Source: an uncultured Actinomycetes bacterium (GTDB lineage: Bacteria; Actinomycetota; UBA4738; HRBIN12). Taken from it: 64,000 bases of DNA. The stretch is taken from assembly GCA_963775735.1 (NCBI GenBank), contig CAVZKD010000007.1, forward strand, positions 2,177,239 to 2,241,238. The letters run 5' to 3'. The notes beneath the pieces were generated by a model, which was not told the origin of the DNA, did not search any database, and worked only from the letters and a program-made list of their open reading frames with translations. Positions 1-10,444 of this stretch are shown one piece after another; the stretch's first letter is position 1, and the number at the start of each line of letters is the position of its first letter. The position numbers were made by a program, and so were the translations under genes.

Positions 1-182
1 GACAGGGCGGCAAGGAGATCGGCGAGACGGAGCTCTCCCGGCACGTCGCGTCGCTTCCGAAGCAGGCACCTCCCGCAGGATGGCAGCCGGGTGCCGCGCG
101 GCCAAGATGGGCAGTCCTACCGATGCTCCGAGGCCATGTGCGCCGCGCACGATCGAGACCCGGATCGGCAGGAGGCCACCCG

Positions 183-1374
183 ATGGCGCAGAGCCTGAGC
201 ATCCACAGGGGTCGAGCCCGCCCGACGCTGCTCACGCCCACCTTCCTCCTGGTGGCGGCGGCCGAGCTCTGCTACTTCACGGCCGACGGGGTGTTGCTTC
301 CCGCCCTTCCCCGCTACGTCGAGGGATCGCTCGGAGGCGGCAACGTCGCCGTCGGGCTCGTGATCGGGGCGTTCAGCCTTGCGGCGTTCTTCCTGCGTCC
401 CTGGGCCGGCGCGGTGGCCGACCGACGAGGCCGGCGGATGCTCATGGTGGCCGGGGCGTCGGTGTTCGCGGTGTCGGTGGCCGGCTACCTCGTCGCCACG
501 TCGGTCCCGGTGCTCGCGGCCATGCGGGTCCTGACCGGCGTCGGCGAGGCGATGTTCTTCGTCGCCGCGCTCGCCGCGAACGTGGACCTCGCGCCGGAGG
601 AACGGCGCGGGGAAGCCATCAGCTTCGCCTCGCTGTCGCTGTACCTGGGGATCGGGATCGGGCCGTTCATCGGCGAGGCCGTCGTCGGGCGATGGGGGTT
701 CCGAGCAGCGTGGTTCGTATCGATCGGTCTCGCGGCGGCGGCGGTCGCGATCTCGCTCCGGCTACCCGCGATGCAGCCCGCGATCGAGGACGCCCGCGGC
801 CGATCGGGCGAAGCACCGCCTGATCCACCCGGCGGGACTGCTTCCGGGCCTCGTCCTGTTCGCGGCGATCTGGGGGATGGCGGGCTTCCTGGCGTTCGTG
901 CCCCTGTACGCCCTCGACATCGGGATGCGTGGTGCGAGCCTCGTGCTCGGCCTGTTCGCTGGGATCGTGGTCGCGATCCGAAGCATCGGCGCCAGGATCC
1001 CCGACCGGCTCGGCGCTGGCCGTGCGACGCGCATCGCCCTCGTGCTGTCATCCATGGGTCTCGGCACCATGGGCGTGTGGCAGACGCGGCCCGGGCTGAT
1101 CGCGGGGACCGCGCTCCTGGGCGTCGGCGTCGGCCTGTTCACCCCGGCGCTGTTCTCGCTCGCCGTCGCCGGCGTCCCGGCCACCGAGCGAGGCGCCGTC
1201 ATGGGGACCACCAGCGCGTTCCTCGATCTCGCGTTCGGGCTCGGACCGGCGACCCTCGGGTTCGTCGCGGCGGGCGTCGGCCGGGGCGGGACCTTCCTGA
1301 CCGGGGCGGCGGTGGCCGCCGCGGGGTTGGTGCTGGTCGTGACCACGAAGCTGGGGCGACCGACTCGCTCCTGA
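183..1374 (+). pseudogene. MFS transporter with one frame break (~815-875). The N-half lies in ORF 123..1415 and the C-half in ORF 877..1374.
   Basis: The protein has a multi-TM hydrophobic pattern and the MFS loop motif 'DRRGRR'. Sense continues as RLIHPAGLLPGLVLFAAIWGMAGFLAF only after a +1 shift. Confidence 0.8.
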
Positions 1375-1393
1375 TCGGACATCCGGCCAGAGG

Positions 1394-1951
1394 GTGGCCA
1401 CGTTGGCCGAGATGATGGAGCCACCAGACGCTGATCGGAGGATCGAGATGGCGCAGGCGGAGACGATCGAGGACGGCCGGCACGACTTCGACTTCCTGTT
1501 CGGACGCCGGCGGATCCACAATCGCAAGCTCGTCGACACGCTGGACCTCGAGTGCACCGATTGGGTGGAGTTCGAGGCGTTCGGGCAGGCGCAGCCGATC
1601 CTCGGCGGGCTGGGCAACGTCGACGACTTCACCGTGCCCGCGATGCCGCCGACCGGCAGGCCGTTCGAGGGGTTCACGCTCCGGCTCTACGATCCCGAGA
1701 CCGGGCTGTGGCGGATCTGGTGGGTCTCCACACGGTTCCCCGGCCAGCTCGACAACCCGGTGGAGGGCCGGTTCGACGGGGGCCGGGGCGAGTTCCTCTG
1801 CGACGACGTGATCGGCGGACGGCCGGTGACGGTGCGGTACGAGTGGACGATCCAGTCCGAGACGACCAACCGATGGGAGCAGGCGTTCTCGGAGGACGGC
1901 GGCGTGACGTGGCGCCCCAACTGGATCAGCGAGGCGACGGTGGAACGCTGA
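1394..1951 (+). CDS. Conserved hypothetical protein; the start may instead be Met at 1448.
   Basis: This is an intact 185-aa ORF with non-junk composition (HDFDFLFGRRRIHNRKL...WRIWW...GGVTWRPNW). It resembles a widespread uncharacterised family. Confidence 0.65.
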   Translation: MATLAEMMEPPDADRRIEMAQAETIEDGRHDFDFLFGRRRIHNRKLVDTLDLECTDWVEFEAFGQAQPILGGLGNVDDFTVPAMPPTGRPFEGFTLRLYDPETGLWRIWWVSTRFPGQLDNPVEGRFDGGRGEFLCDDVIGGRPVTVRYEWTIQSETTNRWEQAFSEDGGVTWRPNWISEATVER

Positions 1952-1971
1952 GCACGCCCCGGCGGCCGGCC

Positions 1972-3348
1972 TCAGCCGGCCGCCGGCGGGATGTTCTGGT
2001 TGAGCCGGAACAGGTTCGAGGGGTCGTACCGGCGCTTGATCTCGGAGAGTCGCCTCCACGTCGCGCGAGGGTAGGCGTGGCGGATCCGCTCCTCGCCCTC
2101 GTCGGCGAGGAAGTTGACGTACGTCGCGGGATCGCCTCGGAACACGACCTCCGACAGCGTCGTCGACCCAGGCCTGGCTCGCTGCCCGGTCCTCCGGCTG
2201 TTCGTACAGCGACGCCACCGTCGCCATGATCGGCTTCGTCCGGTGGGCGAACGCGGTCGCGTCGGCCGGCACCCGCGCCATCGCACCTCCGAGCGCGCGG
2301 AGCTGCACCACGCTCATCATCGCGGTGGAGGCCTCGAGGTGCTCGACGATCGCCTCGGTCTGAGCCGGTTCGATCGCGTCGACGAACCCCGTCCGCCCGA
2401 CGGCGGTGGGGTGGTACTCCCCCTCCTCGGGCATGTACATCTCGGGATACGTCATCGGCCTGACCAGGTCGGCGAGCGGCGTGGCCAACGCCCGGAACGG
2501 CGCGACGGCGCGCTCGCCCGACTCGGCGTCGCCCGCGTAGGTCAACATCCCGAAGATCACCAGCTTGCCGACCGCATCCTCGGGCAGGAACGGCATCGGC
2601 GGGGCCGGCATCACGTTCGCGATCGTGGAGAGCTCCTCGGGCGCGTTCGCCGCCTCGGCCATGAACCCGTCGATGACGTCGGGCGTCGCCGGGAGGAACA
2701 ACAGGCCGCCGACGATCGTGGGCACCTCGTGCAGGCGGAACTTGAAGCGGGTCGCCACGCCGAAGTTGCCGCCGCCTCCACGGATCGCCCAGAACAGATC
2801 GGGATGGTTCTCGGCGTCGACGTGCAGGAGCTGCCCGTCGGCCGTCACGACCTCGGCGGCGAGCAGGTCGTCGATCGTGAGGCCGTACTTGCGGACGAGG
2901 AAGCCGATGCCGCCGCCGAGCGTGATGCCGCCCGACGCCGACCGAACCAGTGTCGCCGAACCCGGTCGCGAGGCCATGGGCGCCGGCCGCGGTCGTGTAC
3001 TCACCGGCGGTCAGCCCGGTCTCGGCCCACGCGGTGCGCCTTCCGTCGAACTCGAGGGCGCGCATGTCGCCCAGGTCGAGGACGATCCCGCCTTCGGTCA
3101 CGCCGTGACCGGCACTGCTGTGCCCACCGCTGCGAACGGCGAGCTCCAGTCCGGTCTCGTTCGCGAGGCGGACGACGTGAGACACGTCGCCGGCGTTCGC
3201 GACGCGCACGATGACCGAGGGGCGCCGGTCGATCCCGCCGAGGAACACGGTGCGGGCCCGATCGTAGTCGTCGTCCTCCGGCGCGATCACGCGGCCATCG
3301 AGGCTCTCTCGGAGCTCTGGGATCGAGGGTGTGCGTCATGGAACGCAT
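1972..3348 (-). pseudogene. FAD-binding (BBE/FAD-linked oxidase type) oxidoreductase with about 3 frame breaks.
   Basis: Three minus-strand ORFs read consecutively as one protein. The pieces are ...IPELRESLDGRVIAPEDDDYDRAR.., RSGGHSSAGH, GGITLGGGIGFLVRKYGLTIDDL, WAIRGGGGNFGV and ...YVNFLADEGEERIRHAYPRATWRRLSEIKRRYDPSNLFRLNQNI. Confidence 0.85.
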
Positions 3349-3364
3349 CGCGTACGTCCCTCCT

Positions 3365-4990
3365 CTACGGCTCGACGACGTGCTGCTTCGATAGCCGGGT
3401 CCGCGTCGCCCATGCGCCGACGGACACGAGCTCCGGTTCCCCCGTCGGCCCGGACCCGGATCCGGCGCGTCGGCGGAGGACGGTCGCCGTGAACGCAGCG
3501 AGCGCGAGCGTCCCGACGAGGCTGATCGCGGCGACGACGTGCATCCCGCTGATGAACGCGTCGTTCGCGGCCGTGAGCAGTGGTGCGCCGAGCTCGGCGG
3601 GAAGCTGCCCCGCCACCTCGACCGCCCCGCCGAGCGTGTCCTGAGCGGCGGCGGCGGACTCGGGTGGGATGCCCGCCGGGATGCCGTCGGCCACGCCGCT
3701 TCGGTAGATCGCGAGGCCGATGCTGCCGAACAGCGCGATCCCGAGCGCGCCTCCGAGCTCGGCGGCGGTCTCCGAGATCCCGGCGGCGGCGCCGGCTCGC
3801 TCTGCCGGCGCCGACCCGATGATCAGGTCGTTCGTCAGCGTGAACACGGGGGCCGTACCGAGCGAGAACGCGACCGAGCCGGTCACGATCATCGCGAACC
3901 CCGACGTCGCGTCGACCTGCGTGAAGACGACGAAGCCCAGGGCCGCGAGGGCGAGCCCGGCGGCCATGATCGTCGTCGGCGCGAACCGCTGCGCGAGCTT
4001 CGGGGTCACCTGGGAGCCGACGACGAACGCGAGCGCCCACGGGAGCGTCCAGAGACCCGCCTCCAGCGGCGACAGACCGAGCACCAGTTGGAGGTACTGC
4101 GGCACGAACAGGAACCCCCCGAAGACCATCAGGATGCCGAACCCGTAGAGGAACAACGACGAGGTGAAGATCGGGACCCGGAACAGTCCGAGGTCGATGA
4201 GCGGATCGTCCAGCCGCCGTTGCCGGCGGACGAACACGGCGCCGATCGCCAGGCCGAGCGCGATCGAGAACACCGGCAGCCACCCGAGCCCGTTCTGCGC
4301 GAACTGCTTGAGACCGAAGATCGCGGCGAGGATCGCCACGAGCGAGAGCACGGCGCTCGTGATGTCCAGCCGCCCCGCGTTCGGGTCCTTGTACTCGGGC
4401 AGCAGCCTCGGGCCGAGGATCAGCAGGAGCACCATCACCGGGACGTTGATCAGGAACGCCGCCCCCCACCAGAAGAACTCGAGCACGAGCCCGCCGAGCA
4501 ACGGCCCGATCGCGGCCCCGACCGAGAAGCTCGTGATCCACACGGCGATCGCCCTGGTCCGTTGGTCCGGGTCGAGGAACATGTTCCGGATCAACGACAG
4601 GGTGGACGGCGCGATCGTCGCGCCGGCGATCCCCAGGAGCGCCCGCGTGCCGATCAACATCTCCGCGCTCGTCGACATCGCGGCGAGCACGGAGGCTGCG
4701 CCGAAGGCCGCCGCGCCGATCAGCAGGAGCCGGCGGCGGCCGATCCGGTCGCCGAGCGTCCCCATCGTGATGAGGGATCCGGCGACGACGAACCCGTAGA
4801 TGTCGATGATCCACAGCAGCTGCGTGCTGCTCGGCTGCAGGTCCGTGCTGATGGACGGGATCGCCAGATGGAGCACGGTCAGGTCCATCACGTAGAGCAT
4901 GCAGGCGAGCGCGATCGCGCCCAGGCCGATCCACTCGCGGCGACCGGCTCGGGGTGGTGCGACGTCGAGGTTCTCGGTTCCGGCGAACAT
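3365..4990 (-). CDS. MFS transporter, DHA2 (14-TM EmrB/QacA-like) drug:H+ antiporter family.
   Basis: This is an intact 541-aa ORF. Motifs LGDRIGRRRLLLIG and WWGAAFLINVP and about 14 hydrophobic segments fit the family. Confidence 0.9.
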   Translation of the reverse strand: MFAGTENLDVAPPRAGRREWIGLGAIALACMLYVMDLTVLHLAIPSISTDLQPSSTQLLWIIDIYGFVVAGSLITMGTLGDRIGRRRLLLIGAAAFGAASVLAAMSTSAEMLIGTRALLGIAGATIAPSTLSLIRNMFLDPDQRTRAIAVWITSFSVGAAIGPLLGGLVLEFFWWGAAFLINVPVMVLLLILGPRLLPEYKDPNAGRLDITSAVLSLVAILAAIFGLKQFAQNGLGWLPVFSIALGLAIGAVFVRRQRRLDDPLIDLGLFRVPIFTSSLFLYGFGILMVFGGFLFVPQYLQLVLGLSPLEAGLWTLPWALAFVVGSQVTPKLAQRFAPTTIMAAGLALAALGFVVFTQVDATSGFAMIVTGSVAFSLGTAPVFTLTNDLIIGSAPAERAGAAAGISETAAELGGALGIALFGSIGLAIYRSGVADGIPAGIPPESAAAAQDTLGGAVEVAGQLPAELGAPLLTAANDAFISGMHVVAAISLVGTLALAAFTATVLRRRAGSGSGPTGEPELVSVGAWATRTRLSKQHVVEP

Positions 4991-5137
4991 CTGCGACCTC
5001 CGTGATCAGATCTGCTAGATGGGACCGACGTCGGATCGCGAACTCATCGGTTCCAACCCATCTGACGGCCGAGCGATTCCTCGCGTGACGGCGGTCGGTA
5101 CGCTGTGCGTACCCAGACACGATCGGAGTGAACCCCC

Positions 5138-6125
5138 TTGGCTGAGCTGACGACGAAGCCCGGCTCCGAGGAGCTGGAGCTCCAGCTCGAACGACATCGG
5201 ACGGAGCTCACCGCGTACGCCTATCGGATGCTGGGGTCGGCGTTCGAGGCGGAGGACGCCGTCCAAGAGGCGATGCTGCGAGCCTGGCGCGGCTTCGACC
5301 GGTTCGAGGGCAGGTCGTCGCTCCGCTCGTGGCTGTACAGCATCGTGACGAACGTGTGCCTCGACATGCTGAGCGGGAGCGAGCGCCGGGCGCGTCCGAT
5401 GGAGCTCACGGGGCCGAAGACCGCGGATGCGCCGTTCCCCGAGCCGCTCGCCGAGACCACATGGATCCTCCCGATCCCCGACGGTCGGGTCGTCGCCCTC
5501 GGACGGCGACCCGGCGGAGGTGATCGAGTCACGCGAGTCGATCCGCCTCGCGTTCGTCGCCGCCCTGCAGCACCTCCCGCCGAAGCAGCGCGCCGTCCTG
5601 ATCCTGCGAGAGGTCCTGCGCTGGAAGGCATCCGAGGTCGCCGAGCTGCTCGAGACCTCGGTCGCCTCGGTGAACAGCGCGCTCCAACGCGCGCGAGCGA
5701 CGCTCGCGACGATCGACGTCGAGGACACCGAAACGCTGAAGCCGAAGGACGAGGCGCAGCGGGCGCTCCTCGCCCGGTACGTCGACGCGTTCGAGCGATA
5801 CGACATGGACTCGCTCACGTCACTGCTGCACGAGGACGCCTCGTGGTCGATGCCTCCCCACGATCTGTGGCTCCAGACCCACGACGACATCCGCGCCTGG
5901 TGCCTCGGCCCGGGGATCGGGTGTCAGGGTTCGCGCCTGGTCCCGGTCGAGGCGAACGGCTCGCCCGCGTTCGGGCAGTACAAGCCGGCGGCCGATGGCA
6001 GCCTGGAGCCCTGGTCGCTGCAGGTGCTCGAGATCTCAGACGGGGCGATCGCCGGGATCAGCTTCTTCCTGGACACCGAGCGCCTGTTCCCGCTCTTCGG
6101 GCTGCCCACTCGGCTCGAGCCCTGA
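5138..6125 (+). pseudogene. ECF-type sigma-70 family factor with a C-terminal NTF2/SnoaL-like extension; one frame break near 5496-5498.
   Basis: Region 2 is AEDAVQEAMLRAWRGFDRFEGRSSLRSWLYSIVTNVCLD and region 4 is LPPKQRAVLILREVLRWKASEVAELLETSVASVNSALQRAR. About 130 further aa follow. Removing one C from CCC at 5496-5498 joins the two ORFs. Confidence 0.85.
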
Positions 6126-6431
6126 GCCGTCGGCGCACGGCTCGGTGCACGGCAGAACGTCGCCGAGCCCGAGGAACTCGACGAGATCCCGGAGCTCGCC
6201 GCACGCGTCCTCGAAACCCAGCCGGCGCCCGAGCCGCAGCGCGGTGAGCTGCAGCCGGGCGAGGGCATCGACAGTCAGGGCGTCCGGTTCATCGAGTCCC
6301 CCGACGTCACAGGGGACGGGGTCGGCGTCGCAGCTCTCCACGAGCAGGTGGATCCCCTCACAGAGAGCGGGGATGTCGTCGTGAGCGATCGGACCGCCGA
6401 GGACCACGCGCGGCTTTGCGTTCGTCTGCAT
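6036..6431 (-). CDS. STAS-domain protein (anti-sigma-factor-antagonist-like).
   Basis: This 131-aa ORF contains ...CDVGGLDEPDALTVDALARLQLTALRLGRRLGFEDACGELRDLVEFLGLGDVLP and an acidic tail. It overlaps the 3' end of the convergent sigma gene by 90 nt. Confidence 0.65.
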   Translation of the reverse strand: MQTNAKPRVVLGGPIAHDDIPALCEGIHLLVESCDADPVPCDVGGLDEPDALTVDALARLQLTALRLGRRLGFEDACGELRDLVEFLGLGDVLPCTEPCADGSGLEPSGQPEEREQALGVQEEADPGDRPV

Positions 6432-6489
6432 CTCCCGATACGACCGAACGCCGGCGGGGAATTCATCGGCGGGCAGGGCGCCGCCGGGA

Positions 6490-6738
6490 TCAGCTGCGCT
6501 TGCCGCCTCGCTTCAGGATGCGGTTCGCCTTGGCCACGATCCGCTCGTACTGCGTGCGACTCAGCCTCCGCCGCTTGAGTTGCTGCTTCGCCCGGCCCTT
6601 CGCGCTCGCCGCGTGTTTCCGGTCGGGCATCGGGTAGTTCCCCGACTCCTTCTTCGCGTCGGCGGACCGAGCTCGCTCGGGGAGACCGAACTTCCGGGTC
6701 GGGATCCTGGCCCGTCTCTTGGCCTTGAGTTCCGGCAC
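6490..6738 (-). CDS. Small, highly basic conserved hypothetical protein.
   Basis: This 82-aa ORF carries a 'YPMPDRKHAASAKGRA' motif, which recalls a widespread small-protein family. Function is unknown. Confidence 0.5.
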   Translation of the reverse strand: MPELKAKRRARIPTRKFGLPERARSADAKKESGNYPMPDRKHAASAKGRAKQQLKRRRLSRTQYERIVAKANRILKRGGKRS

Positions 6739-6847
6739 GACCGATCACCTCCGTCTGGTTCGTTCCCCGACGGATGGGTCCGAAACCGCGCGACCTCTTC
6801 GTTCTCGCTCCGCGAGGGTGCCGCGATCGGAGGCACGAGCAACGCGG

Positions 6848-7186
6848 CTACGGATCGCCCGCGGGACGGACGTCGATCATGTCCCCCTCCACACGGGTTT
6901 CGAACGCGGGGACGCGTTGGCCGGCCGGGCCGCGCACGACCCGACCGTCGGCCAGATCGAACTCGCTTCCGTGGGCCGGGCAACGGATCGTCTTCAGCGA
7001 CCCGGAGAAGCGGACCGGCCCCGTGTGAAGCGGGGTGCCCTGGTGCGTGCACCGGTTCCCGATCGCGAAGACGCGGTCCCCGTCGCGCACGATGAGGATC
7101 GTTCCGATCTCGAGATCGACCCGCATCGGGCGGCGGTCCGAGAGAGCGGGAAGCGGCAGCACCGGGATCCAGCGCTCGTCGCTCAT
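6848..7186 (-). CDS. Rieske [2Fe-2S] domain protein.
   Basis: The Rieske ligand boxes CTHQG...CPAHGS are present in a 112-aa ORF. Confidence 0.85.
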   Translation of the reverse strand: MSDERWIPVLPLPALSDRRPMRVDLEIGTILIVRDGDRVFAIGNRCTHQGTPLHTGPVRFSGSLKTIRCPAHGSEFDLADGRVVRGPAGQRVPAFETRVEGDMIDVRPAGDP

Positions 7187-7241
7187 CGGCGAGCATCGTA
7201 ACGGGACGTCGGGGTCGATCGGAGCAGTGCGCGCTGCCGGC

Positions 7242-9215
7242 TCAGGACGTCCAGGCGCGCGTGGCCTCCAGCACGATGCGGCGGCCGTCGAGGCGCCCTC
7301 GGATGGTCGTGACGTCGCTCGCCCGGTCCGTGTCGAACGAGACGTGCAGGCTCCCGGTCGCGCCCGGGGCCTCGACCCGAAGCGTCCCAGAGGCGAACGC
7401 CGCCCGCCGGCGCCAGATCACCTTCCCCCAGATCGCGACGTCGTCGGCGAACCGCGTCCCGCGGAACGTCACCACGAGCGGCTGCTCGAAGCTCAGGAAC
7501 GGGCCGCGGAACCCGTACGTCCCGCCCCGAAGGCCAACGCCGGTCCCGCCGTACAGCTCGTTCCACCACCGGTTGAATGCGTCGGCCACGGTCTCGACGA
7601 CGACCCACGCGACTCGGCGATCGCTCGCCGTCGACGCGTCCGGCGTCCCCGTCGTCCGAGCCTGCGGGGCATCGGCGACCCGCTCCGGGAACGACTCGAC
7701 CACGTTGATCGTCGGCGTCTGCGAGGCGCAGGAGGTATCGCCCGCGTCGTTCGAACGCACGAAGCGGCGGACGATCAGCGACGCGCATCGTTCGTAGTCG
7801 TACAGCGCCGAGATGTGGATCTCGTTGGCGACGGGGACGAACGTCGCGTTCGGCCACGCCGCCGCCGCATCCTCCGCGTTGACCAGCGGCGTGGTCACGT
7901 CGAACTCGCCGTCCAGGACCAGGACCGGCAGGTCGGAGTGGGGACCGACCGTCGGCGTCGGCTGGTCACCCGGCTCGAGCGCCGGCCATCGCAGGCACCC
8001 ACGCACGAGCGCGTCCTCGTACGGGGAGCGCAGCCACACGTCGTTCGGGAACGGCGCGAACGCGTTCGGCGCCAACCCCTCGATGGCGGCGTCGAGCTGT
8101 GAGCGCCGTTCGGGCACCGTGGCCTCCCGATCCCACAGCGTCGGGTAGTCGTGGCACGCGATCGCCGCGTATGCGCCCTCCGAGTAGAACCGCGGGTCCC
8201 CGCCGCCGCCGAGGTCCACGAGGTCCTCGGCCGCCAGGCGCAGCAGCGGCTCCGGATCGCCCGCCTCGAGGGCGGCGAGCGCGGCGGGGAAGTCGCGGTA
8301 GATCGTGAACACGTACGTCGCGTCGTACAGGAGCTGCGCGAGGTCCGAGCCCGTGACGCGGATCGGGTAGGACGCGCCCGAGGAGTCGACGCCGGTGCCG
8401 ACGAGCGGCCTGCGGTCGAGCCGCCGCGCCGCGCGCCGGATATCGGTGAGGATCCCACGACACCCGCCGTCCCGGCGGCACAACGTGGCCCACGAGCGTT
8501 TCAAGGCCGCGGCCGCGTCGCGGGCGAATGGATCGAACGCGTCGTCGAACGCCGCGTCGAGGACGACCGACTGGGTGCGCTCGGGGTGTCGGATCGCGAA
8601 CACCTGGGCGATGTACGTGCCGTAGGAGTCGCCGTACAGGACGACCTCGGGGATGCCGAGGGCGTCCAGGATCGCCTCGAGGTCGTCTGCGGCGGCGGCG
8701 GTGCCGTACGCGTTCGCTGCCTCACCGAGCTGCTCCGCGCACGCGGCGACCGCCTTCGTGTAGTCGCCGATCCCCTGCTGCAGCGCCGGGCAGTCGATCG
8801 CCCCCGAGCCCCCCGTCCCACGCTGGTCCATGAGGATCAGGTCGCGGTTCCGGAGCATCGGCTCGAAGAGGAACCGATAGCCGCCTGCGGAGCCGATCGA
8901 GCCGTACCCTGGCCCGCCCTCGAACGCCACGATCGGCGACTGCGCCGGCGCGGTCGGATCCGAGCGCGTGAAGACGCGGAACCGGACCGAGAGCGGATCG
9001 CCCTCGTCGGGCCGGTCCCAGGAGAGCGGGACCTCGATCGTGCCGCACAGGTCCTCGGGCGCGTTCGGACACGGCTCGATCGCGGCGTCCCCCGCACCCC
9101 GTGCCGCGACGCCGACGGGGACCGGGGTCACGACGAGCGCGGTGGCGAACGCAACCACGATCGCCGCCATCCGTCCGCCCACCACGTCCGCCTCCTCCGT
9201 TCCGAAGCGCCACAT
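7242..9215 (-). CDS. Secreted alpha/beta hydrolase (tripeptidyl-aminopeptidase-like); alternative start at 9170.
   Basis: A signal-like N-terminus (MAAIVVAFATALVVTPVPVGVAA) is followed by the nucleophile elbow GDSYG and LILMDQRGTGGSG. The part of the 780-aa ORF upstream of 9215 looks like non-coding read-through. Confidence 0.8.
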   Translation of the reverse strand: MWRFGTEEADVVGGRMAAIVVAFATALVVTPVPVGVAARGAGDAAIEPCPNAPEDLCGTIEVPLSWDRPDEGDPLSVRFRVFTRSDPTAPAQSPIVAFEGGPGYGSIGSAGGYRFLFEPMLRNRDLILMDQRGTGGSGAIDCPALQQGIGDYTKAVAACAEQLGEAANAYGTAAAADDLEAILDALGIPEVVLYGDSYGTYIAQVFAIRHPERTQSVVLDAAFDDAFDPFARDAAAALKRSWATLCRRDGGCRGILTDIRRAARRLDRRPLVGTGVDSSGASYPIRVTGSDLAQLLYDATYVFTIYRDFPAALAALEAGDPEPLLRLAAEDLVDLGGGGDPRFYSEGAYAAIACHDYPTLWDREATVPERRSQLDAAIEGLAPNAFAPFPNDVWLRSPYEDALVRGCLRWPALEPGDQPTPTVGPHSDLPVLVLDGEFDVTTPLVNAEDAAAAWPNATFVPVANEIHISALYDYERCASLIVRRFVRSNDAGDTSCASQTPTINVVESFPERVADAPQARTTGTPDASTASDRRVAWVVVETVADAFNRWWNELYGGTGVGLRGGTYGFRGPFLSFEQPLVVTFRGTRFADDVAIWGKVIWRRRAAFASGTLRVEAPGATGSLHVSFDTDRASDVTTIRGRLDGRRIVLEATRAWTS

Positions 9216-9347
9216 GGTCTCACGCTCGCTCGCGAAGGGTTGACCGGATGCCCGGCGGCCGCGCCAGACGCAACCCGGACGCGGGCGAGCTCCGTGCCAG
9301 GATGCAGTCGGATGAGGAGCAGGGCGTGACCGCCGCGACCCGAACGC

Positions 9348-10431
9348 GTGCTCGGACGCCGCGAGCTGAACCGCGCGCTCCTCGAACGCCAGATGCTGCT
9401 CCGCCGGCGACGGGTGCCCGTCCTGGACGCGGTCGAGCACCTCGTCGCGATGCAGGCGCAGGTGCCTCGAGATCCGTACGTCGCGCTCTGGTCGCGACTC
9501 GATCGGTTCGGTCCCGAGTCGCTCGCCGAGCCGATCGCCGATCGCCGCGCGGTGCGCATGACCTTGCTGCGGGGGACGCTCCACCTGGTGACGGATCGCG
9601 ACGCCCTCGCCCTGCGTCCACTCGTGCAGCGCGTCGTCGAACGCACGCTGTACGGCTCGAGCCCGCTCCGGAAGGCGGTCGACGGCGTCGACGTCGACGA
9701 GCTTCTCTCGCTGTTCCGAGAGCTGTTCGAGGAGCGACCGCGCACGCGCGCCGAGCTCGTCGACGCGATCCGAGAGCGGTGGCCGGACCGCGACGCGTAC
9801 GTCGCTCGGCTACGCGATGTACCTGCTCCCGACGGTGCAGGTCACGCCCCGAGGCCTCTGGGGGAGACCGGGCCGTCGGCGTTCACGACCGTCGAGCGGT
9901 GGCTCGGGAGGCCGGTCGAGGCCGGCACGGAGCCCGACGACCTGTTCCGGCGGTACCTTGCTGCGTTCGGGCCCGCCACGGTCGCCGACGCGCAGAACTG
10001 GTCCGGCCTCTCCGGGCTGAAGGCGGTGTTCGAGCGGCTCCGCCCGAGCCTCCGGACCTTCCGTGACGAGCGAGGGCGAGAGCTGTTCGACGCGCCCGAC
10101 GCGCCGCTGCCGAACCCGGACACGCCCGCGCCGGCACGCTTCCTCCCCGAGTACGACAACGTCGGCCTCGCGCACGCCGACCGTTCCCGGATCGTCGCCC
10201 CGGAGATGCGCGGGTGGGGCGAGGTCGGCTGGGGATCGGTGCTCGTGGACGGCTTCGGCTCGGCGAGGTGGAAGGTGGACCTCGAGGAGGGTGCCGCGGT
10301 CCTTCGGATCGAGCCCTTCATCAGGCTGTCTCGCTCCGACCGGACTGCGATCTCCACGGAGGGCGAGCGCCTCGTGCGGTTCCTCGCTCCCGAGGTCGGA
10401 CCACTACGACATCCGCTTCGCGCCCGCGTAG
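9348..10431 (+). pseudogene. Winged-helix DNA-binding protein, YcaQ/AlkZ-like family, copy 1. It has a compensated frameshift pair (~9801 and 9860-9864) and a terminal frame break (~10398).
   Basis: Family motifs RRELNRALLERQMLL, VEHLVAMQAQ and LLRGTLHLV are present. The segment SLGYAMYLLPTVQVTPRGLWG reads in the +1 frame. The natural end DHYDIRFAPA* is reached only after removing one G at 10398-10399. Confidence 0.8.
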
Positions 10432-10444
10432 GTTTGCTCGCAGC

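Noticed and set aside
80-823. A 247-aa plus-strand ORF at the window start.
   Set aside because: It is an alternative frame of the MFS transporter gene, and its translation is Arg/Gly-rich with no TM pattern or motifs.
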